From: Terracidiphilus sp. | GTDB lineage: Bacteria > Acidobacteriota > Terriglobia > Terriglobales > Acidobacteriaceae | Length of the DNA stretch: 64,000 nucleotides | Direction: 5' to 3' | Assembly: GCA_049508975.1 (NCBI GenBank) | Contig: JBELAI010000002.1 | Coordinates: 29,594 to 93,593, forward strand | In this document: in pieces, positions 49,149 to 59,738 of the stretch | Numbering within the stretch: position 1 is the first letter of the stretch | Layout: the number at the start of each line of letters is the position of its first letter | Notes under the pieces: model-generated | Seen by the model: the letters and a program-made list of their open reading frames with translations, nothing else | Told to the model about the DNA's origin: nothing | Database searches by the model: none | Program-made: the position numbers and the translations under genes

Positions 49149-50577
49149 CTCACCGGCCGCGTCACGGCTGCACCGGACGCTGGCATTCCGTCTGACGGCG
49201 GCTTACTCGTTGGCGGGCCTGCTGATGGTAATTCTGGCCACCGCAAGTCTCTACATCGTCCTACGGGCGGAACTGGACCGAAGCACCGAGCTGTTTCTTG
49301 CCGATAAGCTGCACGTGCTTCGCTCCATGCTGCGCGAACGCCCGGACGACGAGGATGGGCTGCGCGAGGAGATTGAGCTTGAGTCGCAGGCTCGCCGGTA
49401 CCAGCAGTTCTACATTCGCCTCCTCAATGAGCATGGCGTGCCGATCATGACAACACCCGGCATGGCAGAACAGTTGGATCTTGCGGAGCTCGCGAGCCGA
49501 ACCCGCGGGCGTTCCGAGCGCTCGATTGCGATGGCGGGCAGACATGGGCAACCATTCCGGGTCACTAGCGCTACGGTTGTCGCCGGCACGCCACCGACCT
49601 ACAGCGACACGGTTCAAATCGCGATCGACGTCTCCCAGGAAGAGGAACTGCTGACGCGCTATCGGCTGTGGTTCTGGGGCATTCTGCTGGCGACGTCGAT
49701 TCTCTTCCCGTTGGTGGGTTACCGGATTGCGCGACAGGGCATTCGGCCGGTCGAAGAGATCGCCGCAACCGCGCGAAGAATCACGTCGACGAATCTGCGC
49801 GAACGGATCGGATCGGAAGGTTATCCGTCGGAACTTGCATCGCTGGCCGGGACATTCAATGAAATGCTGGAGCGGCTTGAAGAATCCTTCGAGCGTATCT
49901 CGAGGTTCACAGCCGACATCGCACACGATTTGCGCACGCCTGTGAACAATATCCGCGGAGAAGCGGAAGTGGCTCTCGTACGCGCGCGGACGGTCGACGA
50001 GTACCGCGACGTGCTGGAGTCTTCGGTGGAAGAAGCAGTCCGCCTTTCAGATATGATCGGCGATCTCCTGTTTCTCGCGCGCGCGGAGAGCCCCTTAACC
50101 GAGATGCATCGCGGGAACGCGAACATTGGCGAGTTGCTGATCACGGTTCGCGACTACTACGAAGCTTCCGCGACCTACGCAGGTATAACGCTTGTCGTGA
50201 GCAATGGAGCTGAGCCGCTCAACGCGGAACTGGATCGTTCACTGATGCTGCGGGCGGTGAGCAACCTGGTCTCAAACGCCATTGCACATACGCCGCCCGG
50301 AGGAACTGTAACCCTGGCGGCCGCGGCCGAGGGAACCGCGGTTCGCATAGAGGTCTCCGATACAGGCGTTGGCATTCCCGCCGAAGCGTTGCCGAGAGTA
50401 TTCGATCGCTTCTTCCGCGTCGATCCATCGCGCTCCAAGTCTTCCGGCGGCACAGGGCTGGGCCTGGCCATCGTGCAGGGCATCCTGACGCTTCACGGGG
50501 GCAGCGCAGAGATCACCAGTCAGCTCGGACGTGGAACGCGCGTCACGCTAAGCCTGCCGGCCATGGCAACCCAATGA
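49126..50577 (+). CDS. Heavy-metal sensor histidine kinase (CusS/CzcS-like)
   Basis: 2 TM plus HAMP; [39 protein letters not shown]. Confidence 0.92.
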   Translation: MFLKPKHSSPAASRLHRTLAFRLTAAYSLAGLLMVILATASLYIVLRAELDRSTELFLADKLHVLRSMLRERPDDEDGLREEIELESQARRYQQFYIRLLNEHGVPIMTTPGMAEQLDLAELASRTRGRSERSIAMAGRHGQPFRVTSATVVAGTPPTYSDTVQIAIDVSQEEELLTRYRLWFWGILLATSILFPLVGYRIARQGIRPVEEIAATARRITSTNLRERIGSEGYPSELASLAGTFNEMLERLEESFERISRFTADIAHDLRTPVNNIRGEAEVALVRARTVDEYRDVLESSVEEAVRLSDMIGDLLFLARAESPLTEMHRGNANIGELLITVRDYYEASATYAGITLVVSNGAEPLNAELDRSLMLRAVSNLVSNAIAHTPPGGTVTLAAAAEGTAVRIEVSDTGVGIPAEALPRVFDRFFRVDPSRSKSSGGTGLGLAIVQGILTLHGGSAEITSQLGRGTRVTLSLPAMATQ

Positions 50578-50829
50578 CGAAACGCGAATCCTGGCGTCAG
50601 GCTGACGTCCGTCGCCGAGTTCCTTCGCCGGTAGGTGCTCTTCCGCGCAAACAGAGTTGGCAAACGTGGTTTTCAGTTTCTCTATGCGGTGGCCAACTCT
50701 AGTTCAGAGAGCCTGTAACCTTTTGGTTCATTGAGGAGAAAGCCTTGGGCAAATGAAGTTGTGCGGGTGAGTATGCAACCTGGTCCTCTCGGCGCTGTGT
50801 TTAACGCCGATGGTTACTGTCCGGACCGA

Positions 50830-53007
50830 CTAGTATTTTCCGGCTCCAGGGCTGAAGGTCGGCCTGGGCGCGGGCGCTTCCGTTGCGATTTCGAGAATTG
50901 CACGCGAAGTCGCTCTTGGGTACCAAGGAATCGGTGTTTGTGTTCCTGCGGGCGGCTCCGATGGAGTGCAACATGGCTTGATCGAATTCCCCGAGTACAC
51001 CGCCCTTAGCTTGTTTTCGCCTCGTGCGAGCTGCGACGCACTGAGCGGCAAAGTTGCCGCGGTCGTATTTACGCCGGTCGGCATCAGCGTTGCAGTTTCC
51101 AGCAAGGTTGCCCCTCTCATGATGCTCACCGTACCGCTCGGCGCACCGCCGCTCCCGGGGATGGCCGTGACCGTGACCTTTAGAGTGGTCGATTGGCCTC
51201 GGTTGAGAATGGGATCTGCCGAGGACAGATCCACCGTCAACATGTTATCGAGTCGATCACCAGTGGTTTCGTAGGCGCCAATGTCAATCTTCTTGCCGTT
51301 CGTCCGAGGATTCCCGAGGAAGTCGGTACTGCCATAGATGGAAGTCGGGGAACTACCATTGGGGTCACACCAGGCAACGCTGCACGAGAGGCTGGTGCTG
51401 CCGGCATCAACGGCCGGCGAAGAAGGGAAGATGTCCAGGTTGGGCGGCGCGTCTTCCAGATTGACGAATTGTGGATTCGCGTGCAGGGAGTTTTTATCTT
51501 CACCGCTGGAGCTCCGCCAGTTTGCGAAACTGGTATAGGGACTTAAGCCGCCCCACACGATTGACGTTCCTTGCCCGAAACCTGCAGCCGAGTCGTACAG
51601 GTTCCAATTGAGCGTCGCCGGTGGGGGAGGATACGTCAACGACAGTGGATACGCCTGCGTAAAGGAGGCGTAGTCGTTGATCCAGATATTGGGCCAGCCG
51701 GCGTAGACAGCGTTGTTTTCGAAATAGTTGTCTTGGGCGCTGCCCACCTGGTTCTGAATCTGGAATTCGCCGCTGGGGGTGCCTTCAGTGTCGTTGCCCG
51801 GTTGAATACCGTTGTTGTAGAGAGTGTTGTTGACGAAGACATCGTGGAAGCTGCTGCCCCCTCCGTTGCTCCCGCCGCCCTTGGCGGTCGCAAGCGCATA
51901 ACCGCCGATGGAATTGCCGCAGGCATTTGTGTTGTAGAACAAATTGTTGCGCACCGTGGCATACATGCCGTAACACGGCAGCTTGCCTGAGGCAGGGGTT
52001 CCGACACCGACCACGCCGGTGGGCCATTCGTTGCCACTGGCCAGGCACCTCTGATTTTCGCTGGTCGTCTCGATGCCGTAGTCCACTTGCATGATCACGT
52101 TGCGCTCGAACGTGGTATACGCGCACCCATCACAATAAAGCCCGTCGGCGTCGTAGGAATTCCCCTCGCCAGGATTCCCGATTCCGCTGATGTTATAGAC
52201 CGTGTTCCCGCTGACCACTCCCCAACCCGCCTGATCGTAGCCGGTGGGACCGGTTCTCTCGTATCCAATAATGTCAATGCCGATGTTGTCGTTGTCGTGA
52301 ACCAGGTTGTTGGTGACCTGAAAATCAGTCACATTTCCATTTAAGGTCATCGATTCGCTGTTCCCGGTCTTTAGCTCGTAGAGTTCGTTGCCACTGACCA
52401 CCAGTTTGGTTATTGGCGTCTTCGATGTGCCGTAGGCGAAAAGGCCGCAACCGTTTCCATTCGTTTCCGACATGGTCACAATGTTGTGTATCCGATTGTC
52501 CAGAATCTGGACACCGGTGCCTGAGCCGGTGATCCAGACCCCGCACGGAACGGCATCTTCGCTAGTGGAAGTCAAGTTGCGGATTTCGAATCCTCTTACT
52601 GTGACGTAGCTCAGGGCTCCCGAAATAGTAATGAGACCCTGTGTGCCCTTTACGGTCAAGCCTGTCCCGTCGATCACTGCGGGCTGTACGGAAGTTCCAA
52701 CCACTACGGGATGGCTTTGGAATGTAATTGGGTCCGATGCCGTTCCAGAATTCGGAAAGTTCACAAACCCCTTGTAAACTCCGCCCATAACCTTCACCGT
52801 GGCGCCGGCCGTGACCGTATCGGCCGCGTGCTGGATGGTTAACCAAGGCGCGGCAAGCGTGCCGGGGTTGCTATCGTTGCCGGTGGTTGACACATAGTAG
52901 ACAGCCCCCTCTTGCGCGGCCAGTGACTGCACCAGCATCAGAGCAAACAAAAAAAGCGCGACAGGCAGGACGCCGACATTCCGGACAATCGAGATTTTGC
53001 ACTTCAT
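50830..53007 (-). CDS. Secreted right-handed parallel beta-helix protein (DUF1565-like N-term, C-terminal Ig-like domain); putative polysaccharide-active
   Basis: YYVSTTGNDSNPGT-PWLTIQHA; N/G-rich beta-helix turns; SPAVDAG...DIGAYE; Ig-like VTVTA-PSGTV-AVYSG; AGGAG RBS. Confidence 0.8.
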   Translation of the reverse strand: MKCKISIVRNVGVLPVALFLFALMLVQSLAAQEGAVYYVSTTGNDSNPGTLAAPWLTIQHAADTVTAGATVKVMGGVYKGFVNFPNSGTASDPITFQSHPVVVGTSVQPAVIDGTGLTVKGTQGLITISGALSYVTVRGFEIRNLTSTSEDAVPCGVWITGSGTGVQILDNRIHNIVTMSETNGNGCGLFAYGTSKTPITKLVVSGNELYELKTGNSESMTLNGNVTDFQVTNNLVHDNDNIGIDIIGYERTGPTGYDQAGWGVVSGNTVYNISGIGNPGEGNSYDADGLYCDGCAYTTFERNVIMQVDYGIETTSENQRCLASGNEWPTGVVGVGTPASGKLPCYGMYATVRNNLFYNTNACGNSIGGYALATAKGGGSNGGGSSFHDVFVNNTLYNNGIQPGNDTEGTPSGEFQIQNQVGSAQDNYFENNAVYAGWPNIWINDYASFTQAYPLSLTYPPPPATLNWNLYDSAAGFGQGTSIVWGGLSPYTSFANWRSSSGEDKNSLHANPQFVNLEDAPPNLDIFPSSPAVDAGSTSLSCSVAWCDPNGSSPTSIYGSTDFLGNPRTNGKKIDIGAYETTGDRLDNMLTVDLSSADPILNRGQSTTLKVTVTAIPGSGGAPSGTVSIMRGATLLETATLMPTGVNTTAATLPLSASQLARGENKLRAVYSGNSIKPCCTPSEPPAGTQTPIPWYPRATSRAILEIATEAPAPRPTFSPGAGKY

Positions 53008-53326
53008 GACCTATTCTCCTTCTAATGGTCGCGACTGTTTCCCTGATGACAGTTTGGAATTCCTCGCCAGACCCTCCGACGAACGCGGATTCGAGTATGT
53101 GAAGTTAAAAGAAACTTAACTCAGCGTTGTGTAATATTACGAATGCAATCGTTTTTTGTCAATTACAATTTCTGATTGAATTTCTCGCTCTTTTTCTCAT
53201 CGAGGAAACCAAGAACCGGAAAATTGACTCATTTGCCAGGAGAGAGTAAGCTTCAGGACAAAATGCAACAGGATGAAAGTAAACGGTGAAATGTCGAAGC
53301 AAACAGACTGAAAATGAAAGAGAACG

Positions 53327-55054
53327 GTGACGAGATTGGAGAACGAACTTGAGAAGCCCGAAACAGCCACGCCGGGGCGACTTGCGCACCTTAGCGGTTT
53401 GATTCTAGGATTTGCGGCCCTCATCTGGTTCCTGCTGCGCGTCATCCCCAAGCCTGGCCGGGCAACCTACCCCTGCCAGCGAGCAGCATTTCCCGTCGCC
53501 AGTGCTTTCGTCCTGTGGCTGTGTGGCTCAGTGGCCGGTATCTTCTCCGTGGCCGCTCTGCGCAAGTTGGTACGCCGTTACCGCTGGGCAGCCATCGGAT
53601 TATGCGCGTTCACGTTCGTGGCCACTGGCGTGTGGCTGTCCCGCTCAAACGCCATAGCCGAAGCGAAAAGCGCTACCCGCTACGACTTCCAGCCCAAGCA
53701 ACGCAACGTCCCGCTCGGCGTAGCCCGCGGCATCTATCCGGGTCGCGTGGTATGGGCTCACGATCCGAAGGCGGCTCACTGGAGTGGCGATATGGAATCG
53801 CCTGTCGACCAGTGGTGGATGGAAGGAAGCACCGATCAGTCTCGCGTCGACGCCATGTTGTCTACCACCCTGCGCCAGCTCACCGGCGCAGCTACCGACT
53901 ACGACGCCTGGAAGACTATCTTCACCTACTACAACGGCCACGCCCGCGGCCTCGAAAAGACGGGCTACCATGCGGGCGAGATCGTCGCCGTCAAGGTAAA
54001 CCTGAATAGCAGCAGCGCCAAGGGGTCGGGGAATTTCGTGAATGTGTCACCCCAGGTTGCCCTGGCCATGGTTCGCCAACTGATAAACCACGCCCACGTG
54101 GCCCCTGGGGATATCGTCCTGTACGACGCGCGGCGCGACATCTACCCTGGCCTTCTGACCAAAATCTGGAGCGAGTTCAAGGATGTCCGCTTCGTGCAAC
54201 AGGATGCGCCCAACCCGAACCTGCAGCAGAATCCAGGCTATGGCGGCTTGCACGGTCTTACGAAGGCGCAGTGGGTCGAGGGAGTCACCTACTCTGCCAA
54301 CAACTATCACAATGCCAAGCTCATCCCGCAGCAGGTCATGGACGCGACCTACATTGTGAATGTCGCGTTGCTTAAATCCCATTCCTACCCATATTCGGGG
54401 GATAGGGAAGACGAGGGACAAACGGCTATCACGATGACGGGCAAGAACCAATTCGGGTCCATCAAAGGAACCCCTGAGTTACACGATGCCATTAACACCG
54501 ACCAGCATGGAACGCCGCACGCCTATTCGCCGATCGTGGATCTGGCGGCATCGCCAAACCTCGGCGCCAAGACAATTCTCTATGTCCTGGATGGCCTTTA
54601 TTGCGCCCGGCGGTACGATTCTTTCCCGATACACTTTCCCAACGCGCCGTTCAACAATCCTGTCGAGCCCTATGCCAACACTAACTGGCCGTCAAGCATT
54701 CTCGCCTCACTCGACGGGGTCGCGCTTGATTCGGTCGGCCTCGATATTCTCCTGTCGCAGACCAAGAACAACATCGACGGAAACAATCACCCGAGAATCA
54801 TGATCCGCGAGAATGCGGACGATTATCTCCAGGAGGAAGCCCTGGCCGATCACCCGCCCTCAGGCACGGCTTACCGCCAGAACGGCAAGCCCGTGAGCAG
54901 TCTCGGCGTCACCGAGCACTGGGATAACGACCTGAGCCGTCAGTATTCGCGCAACAAAGACCCGAAAGACGGCAAGGGCATCGAGCTGAACTATTTGGGA
55001 CCTTCCGCACTTTCGCTGCAGGGTCAACCCCTAGCCAAGCCCGCAAGCAATTAA
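53327..55054 (+). CDS. DUF362-domain membrane-anchored protein
   Basis: LIWFLLRVIPKP-A-YPCQRAA, G-ARGIYPGRVVW, AVKVNLN, LKSH, GKNQFGS, D.VALDSV, GV.EHW. Confidence 0.72.
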   Translation: MTRLENELEKPETATPGRLAHLSGLILGFAALIWFLLRVIPKPGRATYPCQRAAFPVASAFVLWLCGSVAGIFSVAALRKLVRRYRWAAIGLCAFTFVATGVWLSRSNAIAEAKSATRYDFQPKQRNVPLGVARGIYPGRVVWAHDPKAAHWSGDMESPVDQWWMEGSTDQSRVDAMLSTTLRQLTGAATDYDAWKTIFTYYNGHARGLEKTGYHAGEIVAVKVNLNSSSAKGSGNFVNVSPQVALAMVRQLINHAHVAPGDIVLYDARRDIYPGLLTKIWSEFKDVRFVQQDAPNPNLQQNPGYGGLHGLTKAQWVEGVTYSANNYHNAKLIPQQVMDATYIVNVALLKSHSYPYSGDREDEGQTAITMTGKNQFGSIKGTPELHDAINTDQHGTPHAYSPIVDLAASPNLGAKTILYVLDGLYCARRYDSFPIHFPNAPFNNPVEPYANTNWPSSILASLDGVALDSVGLDILLSQTKNNIDGNNHPRIMIRENADDYLQEEALADHPPSGTAYRQNGKPVSSLGVTEHWDNDLSRQYSRNKDPKDGKGIELNYLGPSALSLQGQPLAKPASN

Positions 55055-55202
55055 ATTGCTGTGGGATTTTTCGGAGATCCCAAATGGTTTTGAGGCTGTG
55101 TGGCCTGAACCCCGTTAATCGCGTCGCTGAAGCTGTCATTCCGCAGCGAACCGATCATTGCACGCTCTTGTCGCGCGCGTTGAGGAATCGCGGCACTCAC
55201 CG

Positions 55203-56024
55203 CTAGGCGGCGGCTCGGGGTCGCCCTGAGATTTTGCGGTCCACCTTTATTGTGGGATAGCTGCGCAGACCGGTAAGTTGCATTGCGATATGCCAGAGGA
55301 ACGCGGAGTTGTTGCGGCAGTAGCGCCAAAACAGGCGGCGCGGCTCCTGAATCATTCGGTGCAGCCATTGCAGACCCGCATGCTTGACCCATTCCGGTGA
55401 ATCTTTGATTCGGCCGATATGAAAGTCAAAAGCAGCTCCCACGCCGAACATCAATCCGCTGTCAAGCAGCGGAAGGAAGCGCATCATGAAGCGCTCCTGC
55501 TTTGGTGTGCTGATGCCCACCCAGATTATATCCGGCTTCAACTGGTTAATCCTGGAAGCTAGGGATTGTTCCTCCAACGGCGTCAAATCTCGAAACGGCG
55601 GGGTTTGAGTGCCGATAATGCGCACCCAGGGAAAACGCTGCTTTAGCTTTTCGCGCAGTTCTTCGGCCACGCCTTCGTTGCCGCCATAAAGGAAGTGCGT
55701 GCAGTTGGCGAACTCCTTGCGTGCAAAGACTTCCAACATCAGGTCGGGGCCGGTCACTCGTTGCATTTGTTGGAAACCCTGCCAGCGGCCCACCCATACT
55801 GTCGGCATTCCATCGGGCACCATGATGGCAGCGTGCGCGTATATCTGGGTCAGGTTCGGATCGCGATGCGCTTCCATGATGCCATGGACGCCGACCAAAC
55901 AAACGTATCCATTGTTGCCGCTTTGCAATTCATCTTTGACGCGCGCAACTGCGCTTTCCATGTCGAGCGGTTCAACTGGGATTCCGAGGACACTGGCGGT
56001 ATTGTTTTTTGATTCGATGTTCAT
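55203..56024 (-). CDS. WecB/TagA/CpsF glycosyltransferase (GT26)
   Basis: VPDGMP, RVTGPDL, FLYGG, IIWVG-TPKQE, GVGAAFD, WLHR-QEPRRL-RY. Confidence 0.93.
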   Translation of the reverse strand: MNIESKNNTASVLGIPVEPLDMESAVARVKDELQSGNNGYVCLVGVHGIMEAHRDPNLTQIYAHAAIMVPDGMPTVWVGRWQGFQQMQRVTGPDLMLEVFARKEFANCTHFLYGGNEGVAEELREKLKQRFPWVRIIGTQTPPFRDLTPLEEQSLASRINQLKPDIIWVGISTPKQERFMMRFLPLLDSGLMFGVGAAFDFHIGRIKDSPEWVKHAGLQWLHRMIQEPRRLFWRYCRNNSAFLWHIAMQLTGLRSYPTIKVDRKISGRPRAAA

Positions 56025-57205
56025 AGGAGATACTGTCCTTCTGCGGCGGATGGGGCCTGAATATCATTCGCGCTTGAGCTATTCGCAGCAGCAGGCAGCA
56101 GCGAGCGATAGAGCCGCAAATATGCTTCCGCGATGAATGGTGTCGAGAACTGAGGCGGATGAAGTGGGTTGGGGACTGGCTCTCGAAGCGCAACGCAGAC
56201 CGCGTTGGTGAATGCCTCCACCTGTTGTGGACCCAGCGGAACGTAGCAGCAGTGGGGGCCTCCCAGTTCGCGAAAAGCGGCAATGTCGGAGCAGACCACG
56301 CGGCATCCAGCAAGCAGCGCTTCGGCAACCGGCAGACCGAAACCCTCCACGATGGACGGCGCAAGCGCCATGCTGCAATTGCGGTAGCACCAATGCAGTT
56401 CGGAATCGGAGATCCCGTTTAATAGAACAACGCGCACTGTAAGTCCCGATCTGGCGATGAAACTCTTGATTGCAGGTGTTTCGGGACCCTCGATTCCAAC
56501 AATGAACAGCTGCGCCCCTTCGGGAATCTGCCGCGATTGCAACAGGCGTTCAAAAACCTGAAGCACCAGCAAGATGTTCTTGTTGCGGCGGTGCTGCGCA
56601 ACGCAAAGCAGGAACGGATGGCCATTCCACACATGCAGAGGCGTTTCGGCGCCTTGCTCTGCGTGCGGCGCAACTGAGTTATAGATGACTGCCGCCTTTT
56701 TGGCGAGCCGTGGGTTCAGCCTCTTGAGCCGGGATAATGTGCATTGAGACACACAAGCGATTGCGTCTGCTCTGCGCAGGCACTGTTGCAGGACGGCGCG
56801 ATTGAAGAGAACTTTTGGAAATCCGAAATTCTCCGGGATGTCGTATGGATAGAGGTCATGGAGAGTTACCACTGTTTTGCAATGGAATGCGCCGCTCCGC
56901 ACTGGCACGGGATATGCGAGGTGAACAATATCGGCGTCAAGCTGAGCAGCTAGCCGGGGTAGATGCGTGTAGAACCACCAGTTGCGGCTAAAGGCGCTAT
57001 TACCGATGGGCGCAGTGTGTAGATGGAAGCGCTTGTCGGCGCTTGGAGCCGAGTCCCGCACAAAGCTCTCCTGCCACGGAGCGGACGCCAGATGCACCTC
57101 CGTGATTTCATGGCGCGAGATCAGGCAATGGGCCAGGTTGATAGCGTGGCGTTGAACCCCAGAGAGCTGGCCCGAACTGGAGGCAAGAGCTATTACGATC
57201 TTCAT
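56021..57205 (-). CDS. Glycosyltransferase family 4
   Basis: SGVQR, VTLHDL, KN, PSIVEGFGLPVAEA, SDI. Confidence 0.9.
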   Translation of the reverse strand: MKIVIALASSSGQLSGVQRHAINLAHCLISRHEITEVHLASAPWQESFVRDSAPSADKRFHLHTAPIGNSAFSRNWWFYTHLPRLAAQLDADIVHLAYPVPVRSGAFHCKTVVTLHDLYPYDIPENFGFPKVLFNRAVLQQCLRRADAIACVSQCTLSRLKRLNPRLAKKAAVIYNSVAPHAEQGAETPLHVWNGHPFLLCVAQHRRNKNILLVLQVFERLLQSRQIPEGAQLFIVGIEGPETPAIKSFIARSGLTVRVVLLNGISDSELHWCYRNCSMALAPSIVEGFGLPVAEALLAGCRVVCSDIAAFRELGGPHCCYVPLGPQQVEAFTNAVCVALREPVPNPLHPPQFSTPFIAEAYLRLYRSLLPAAANSSSANDIQAPSAAEGQYLL

Positions 57206-58416
57206 GAGTACACCTCGGAAGGCTGGTTCATTGCCGCCAACATCAGGCAGAGAAGTGTAATGGACCAGAGCGGAAAGGACAGGTCGAAGCGCTCCGTATC
57301 ACCGAACCCGCGAATGACGATGAAGAGGATCAGGCCGAGAAAAAGCGTTCTGTGCTCAGGCCGAGCGAGATGGCGCACCTGGCGATAAAAGCTCCCGTAC
57401 AAGCCAATCAACAGGACGATACCAACGACGCCATAGGTATAAAACTGCTGCAGCAGCTCATTGTGTGCATGCCAGGCCTCGAACTGTTCCGGTCCGAAAG
57501 GCGGGATCACCCTCCAGATCGAATTGAAACCGTGTCCGAGCCAAGGCCGTTCCAGTGCGCGGTCCAGGATGAGCGACCAGATACCAATGCGTCCGGTAAG
57601 AGTCTCCGCCTGGTTTCCCGCGTTGGTGTAGACCTCGTAATACGCCGCGATCAAGCCAGAGAATGCTGTCAGCACCGCACCCGCTGCTGTGACGATGAGA
57701 ATTTTGCTGCGACGCCGGATCGTCTTGCTAAGAAACAGCAGGAGTAATTCGCTCACCAGGAAAGCGATGATTGTCGTCTTGCTAAGGCTGCGGAGCAGGG
57801 AGATGGCAAGAAACATCGCGGGGAACCGCCATGCTTTGGAGCGAAGGAGCAGAAATTGCGAAAGAAAAATGCCGAAAGCGCAGGTGAAGCCGATTGCATT
57901 GGGGCTGAAGAACTCATCATTGCCGGGCCGAAGGTCTTGCATTGTGGGAGACAGCCACATCACGCAGGCAATCATGCAGGCACCACCGACATAACCTTGA
58001 ACGAGGCGCGAGGCAACCTCCTCCACCGGTCCGGCACGAAGAAGCAAAAGCACGATGACGACGTCGGCCGCCATCCCGCACCAGTATGCGGAAGCGACGC
58101 TGAGAGAGACCGCTTCGCTCCAAAGGAGGCTGCAAAGTGAGAAACCAAGAAAGGCCGCGACCCAGCGGAAGCACGAAACCCGCAGCGGCGAGACTTGTTT
58201 TTCGGGCATAGGCCCGAATGAATGGAACGCCACGGCAAGAAGCAGCAGCACGTTTAGCGCGAAACTGACGACGGTTCCAAGCTGGGGATTCGATTGGAAG
58301 AACAGGAAAGTTAAACAAAGCCGAATCGCGAAGTACGCCCCTACCGTAGCAGCAAGAGATGGCAAGGGCAATTGCACCGCAGTCCTCGCGTTTACCGCCG
58401 TATAACTTGTGCTCAT
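57202..58416 (-). CDS. O-antigen ligase-like / Wzy polymerase
   Basis: Multi-TM; SKT, TLTGR-IW, PWLGHG, HAHN-LQ. Confidence 0.82.
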   Translation of the reverse strand: MSTSYTAVNARTAVQLPLPSLAATVGAYFAIRLCLTFLFFQSNPQLGTVVSFALNVLLLLAVAFHSFGPMPEKQVSPLRVSCFRWVAAFLGFSLCSLLWSEAVSLSVASAYWCGMAADVVIVLLLLRAGPVEEVASRLVQGYVGGACMIACVMWLSPTMQDLRPGNDEFFSPNAIGFTCAFGIFLSQFLLLRSKAWRFPAMFLAISLLRSLSKTTIIAFLVSELLLLFLSKTIRRRSKILIVTAAGAVLTAFSGLIAAYYEVYTNAGNQAETLTGRIGIWSLILDRALERPWLGHGFNSIWRVIPPFGPEQFEAWHAHNELLQQFYTYGVVGIVLLIGLYGSFYRQVRHLARPEHRTLFLGLILFIVIRGFGDTERFDLSFPLWSITLLCLMLAAMNQPSEVYS

Positions 58417-59738
58417 AGCCCTTCACGCACCGTTTGCAACGTAGACACACCTGCATGCGAGGCCCGCTTTCCGAGAAGATGACGAAGCAGCGGGACATAC
58501 AAGAAGAGTGGAACGATTCCGTAACCCAATCTCGCGATCGCCATACCCTGAACGCCGAGACTCGGCGTGAGGTCCATCATCAAAATCAGCATTGCTGCTC
58601 CGCCGAGCAGATTGAACCAGGTGACAATGCGCACTCGCCCGAGCGCTAAGAGAGCATAGGTGGCAGTCACATTCATGCCTAACAGCGCGGAACTCCAGAT
58701 GATGATTGGGAGCACCGGTGCCGCGGCTTGCACGACCGCCGAACCCACCCAAACGCGCATAATGCGGACACCGAAGGAAAGCAAAATGCATGTGGTGAGG
58801 GCGACGAATATCAGGTTGCACGCGAAGGCGATTAGCACGAAGTTCTTGATAGAAGTCGTGCTCGAAGATGCATTGCGCTTGGATAGATAAGGAAACAGAA
58901 AGTGCAGGCCGGCTGCCGCGAAGCCAAAGATCGGCTGCGCCATCTGTGCGCAGAGCGAATACGAGGCCACAACTGCGGCACCCAACGAAACGCCCAGCAT
59001 CATCCGATCTAATTGACCGAATACAACGCCGGATACCGCCTGAAGCATGCTGAACACTCCGAAGCCGGCCAGGGAGCGCATGGTTTCCCTGTCAAACGCG
59101 GGCATGAGTGAATCCGCGGACAGCAGGCGCTTGAGGTCCGCAATCTGCAGCCATAGCGCGACTAACATCAGCAACCCTGTTGCCGCCATGATCTCGATAA
59201 CACTGTGGCCCGCATAGGTGAGCACCGCGGCGGCGACTAGCGCGAGGATTCTGCCGAGAATGCTGATGCGGACCGCAGCGCCGTAGCGTTCGAAAGCGCG
59301 TTGCGTGCCGATGCAGACGCTCTCTACTGCACGGACGGCCATCAACAAGCTGGCAATGCGAAGCGACCAGAGGCACGAGTATTGCAATACCGTATTTGGG
59401 CCAGCCACACGAGAAGCTGCAAGCGGAGAAAGAACCCAGCCTGCGCACGCCAGCGCCACGCCAAATGCCAGGTTGATGCCCATCATGCTTCGTACCGCCT
59501 GCAATGCGGCATGTTCGTCGTTTGCGCCACGGCGGCTAGCCACGTGCTGAATATTCGCATCGCCAAAGCCGGATGCGACGATGCCGCCAATGCTCACCGC
59601 CGCCGTTGCAAATGTCCAAACTCCATATTGCGAAAGCCCCAGGTTGCGCAAGACTATCGGCGCGACGACAAGCATGCCGATCGGATAAGCTCCGTAGTCG
59701 AGAATGCCGTATGCCGCATTGGAAAGATGTGCTCTCAT
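58413..59738 (-). CDS. wzx: Oligosaccharide flippase
   Basis: About 12 TM; LGLSQYGVW, QLDR-LG-LG-V-SY; position in operon. Confidence 0.82.
   Translation of the reverse strand: MRAHLSNAAYGILDYGAYPIGMLVVAPIVLRNLGLSQYGVWTFATAAVSIGGIVASGFGDANIQHVASRRGANDEHAALQAVRSMMGINLAFGVALACAGWVLSPLAASRVAGPNTVLQYSCLWSLRIASLLMAVRAVESVCIGTQRAFERYGAAVRISILGRILALVAAAVLTYAGHSVIEIMAATGLLMLVALWLQIADLKRLLSADSLMPAFDRETMRSLAGFGVFSMLQAVSGVVFGQLDRMMLGVSLGAAVVASYSLCAQMAQPIFGFAAAGLHFLFPYLSKRNASSSTTSIKNFVLIAFACNLIFVALTTCILLSFGVRIMRVWVGSAVVQAAAPVLPIIIWSSALLGMNVTATYALLALGRVRIVTWFNLLGGAAMLILMMDLTPSLGVQGMAIARLGYGIVPLFLYVPLLRHLLGKRASHAGVSTLQTVREGL

Noticed and set aside
53046-53060. ATGACAGTTTGGAAT as another CusR box (also the half-site CTGTAATG near 36820)
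   Set aside because: Spacer one base short with a mismatch, or only a half-site; not distinguishable from chance.
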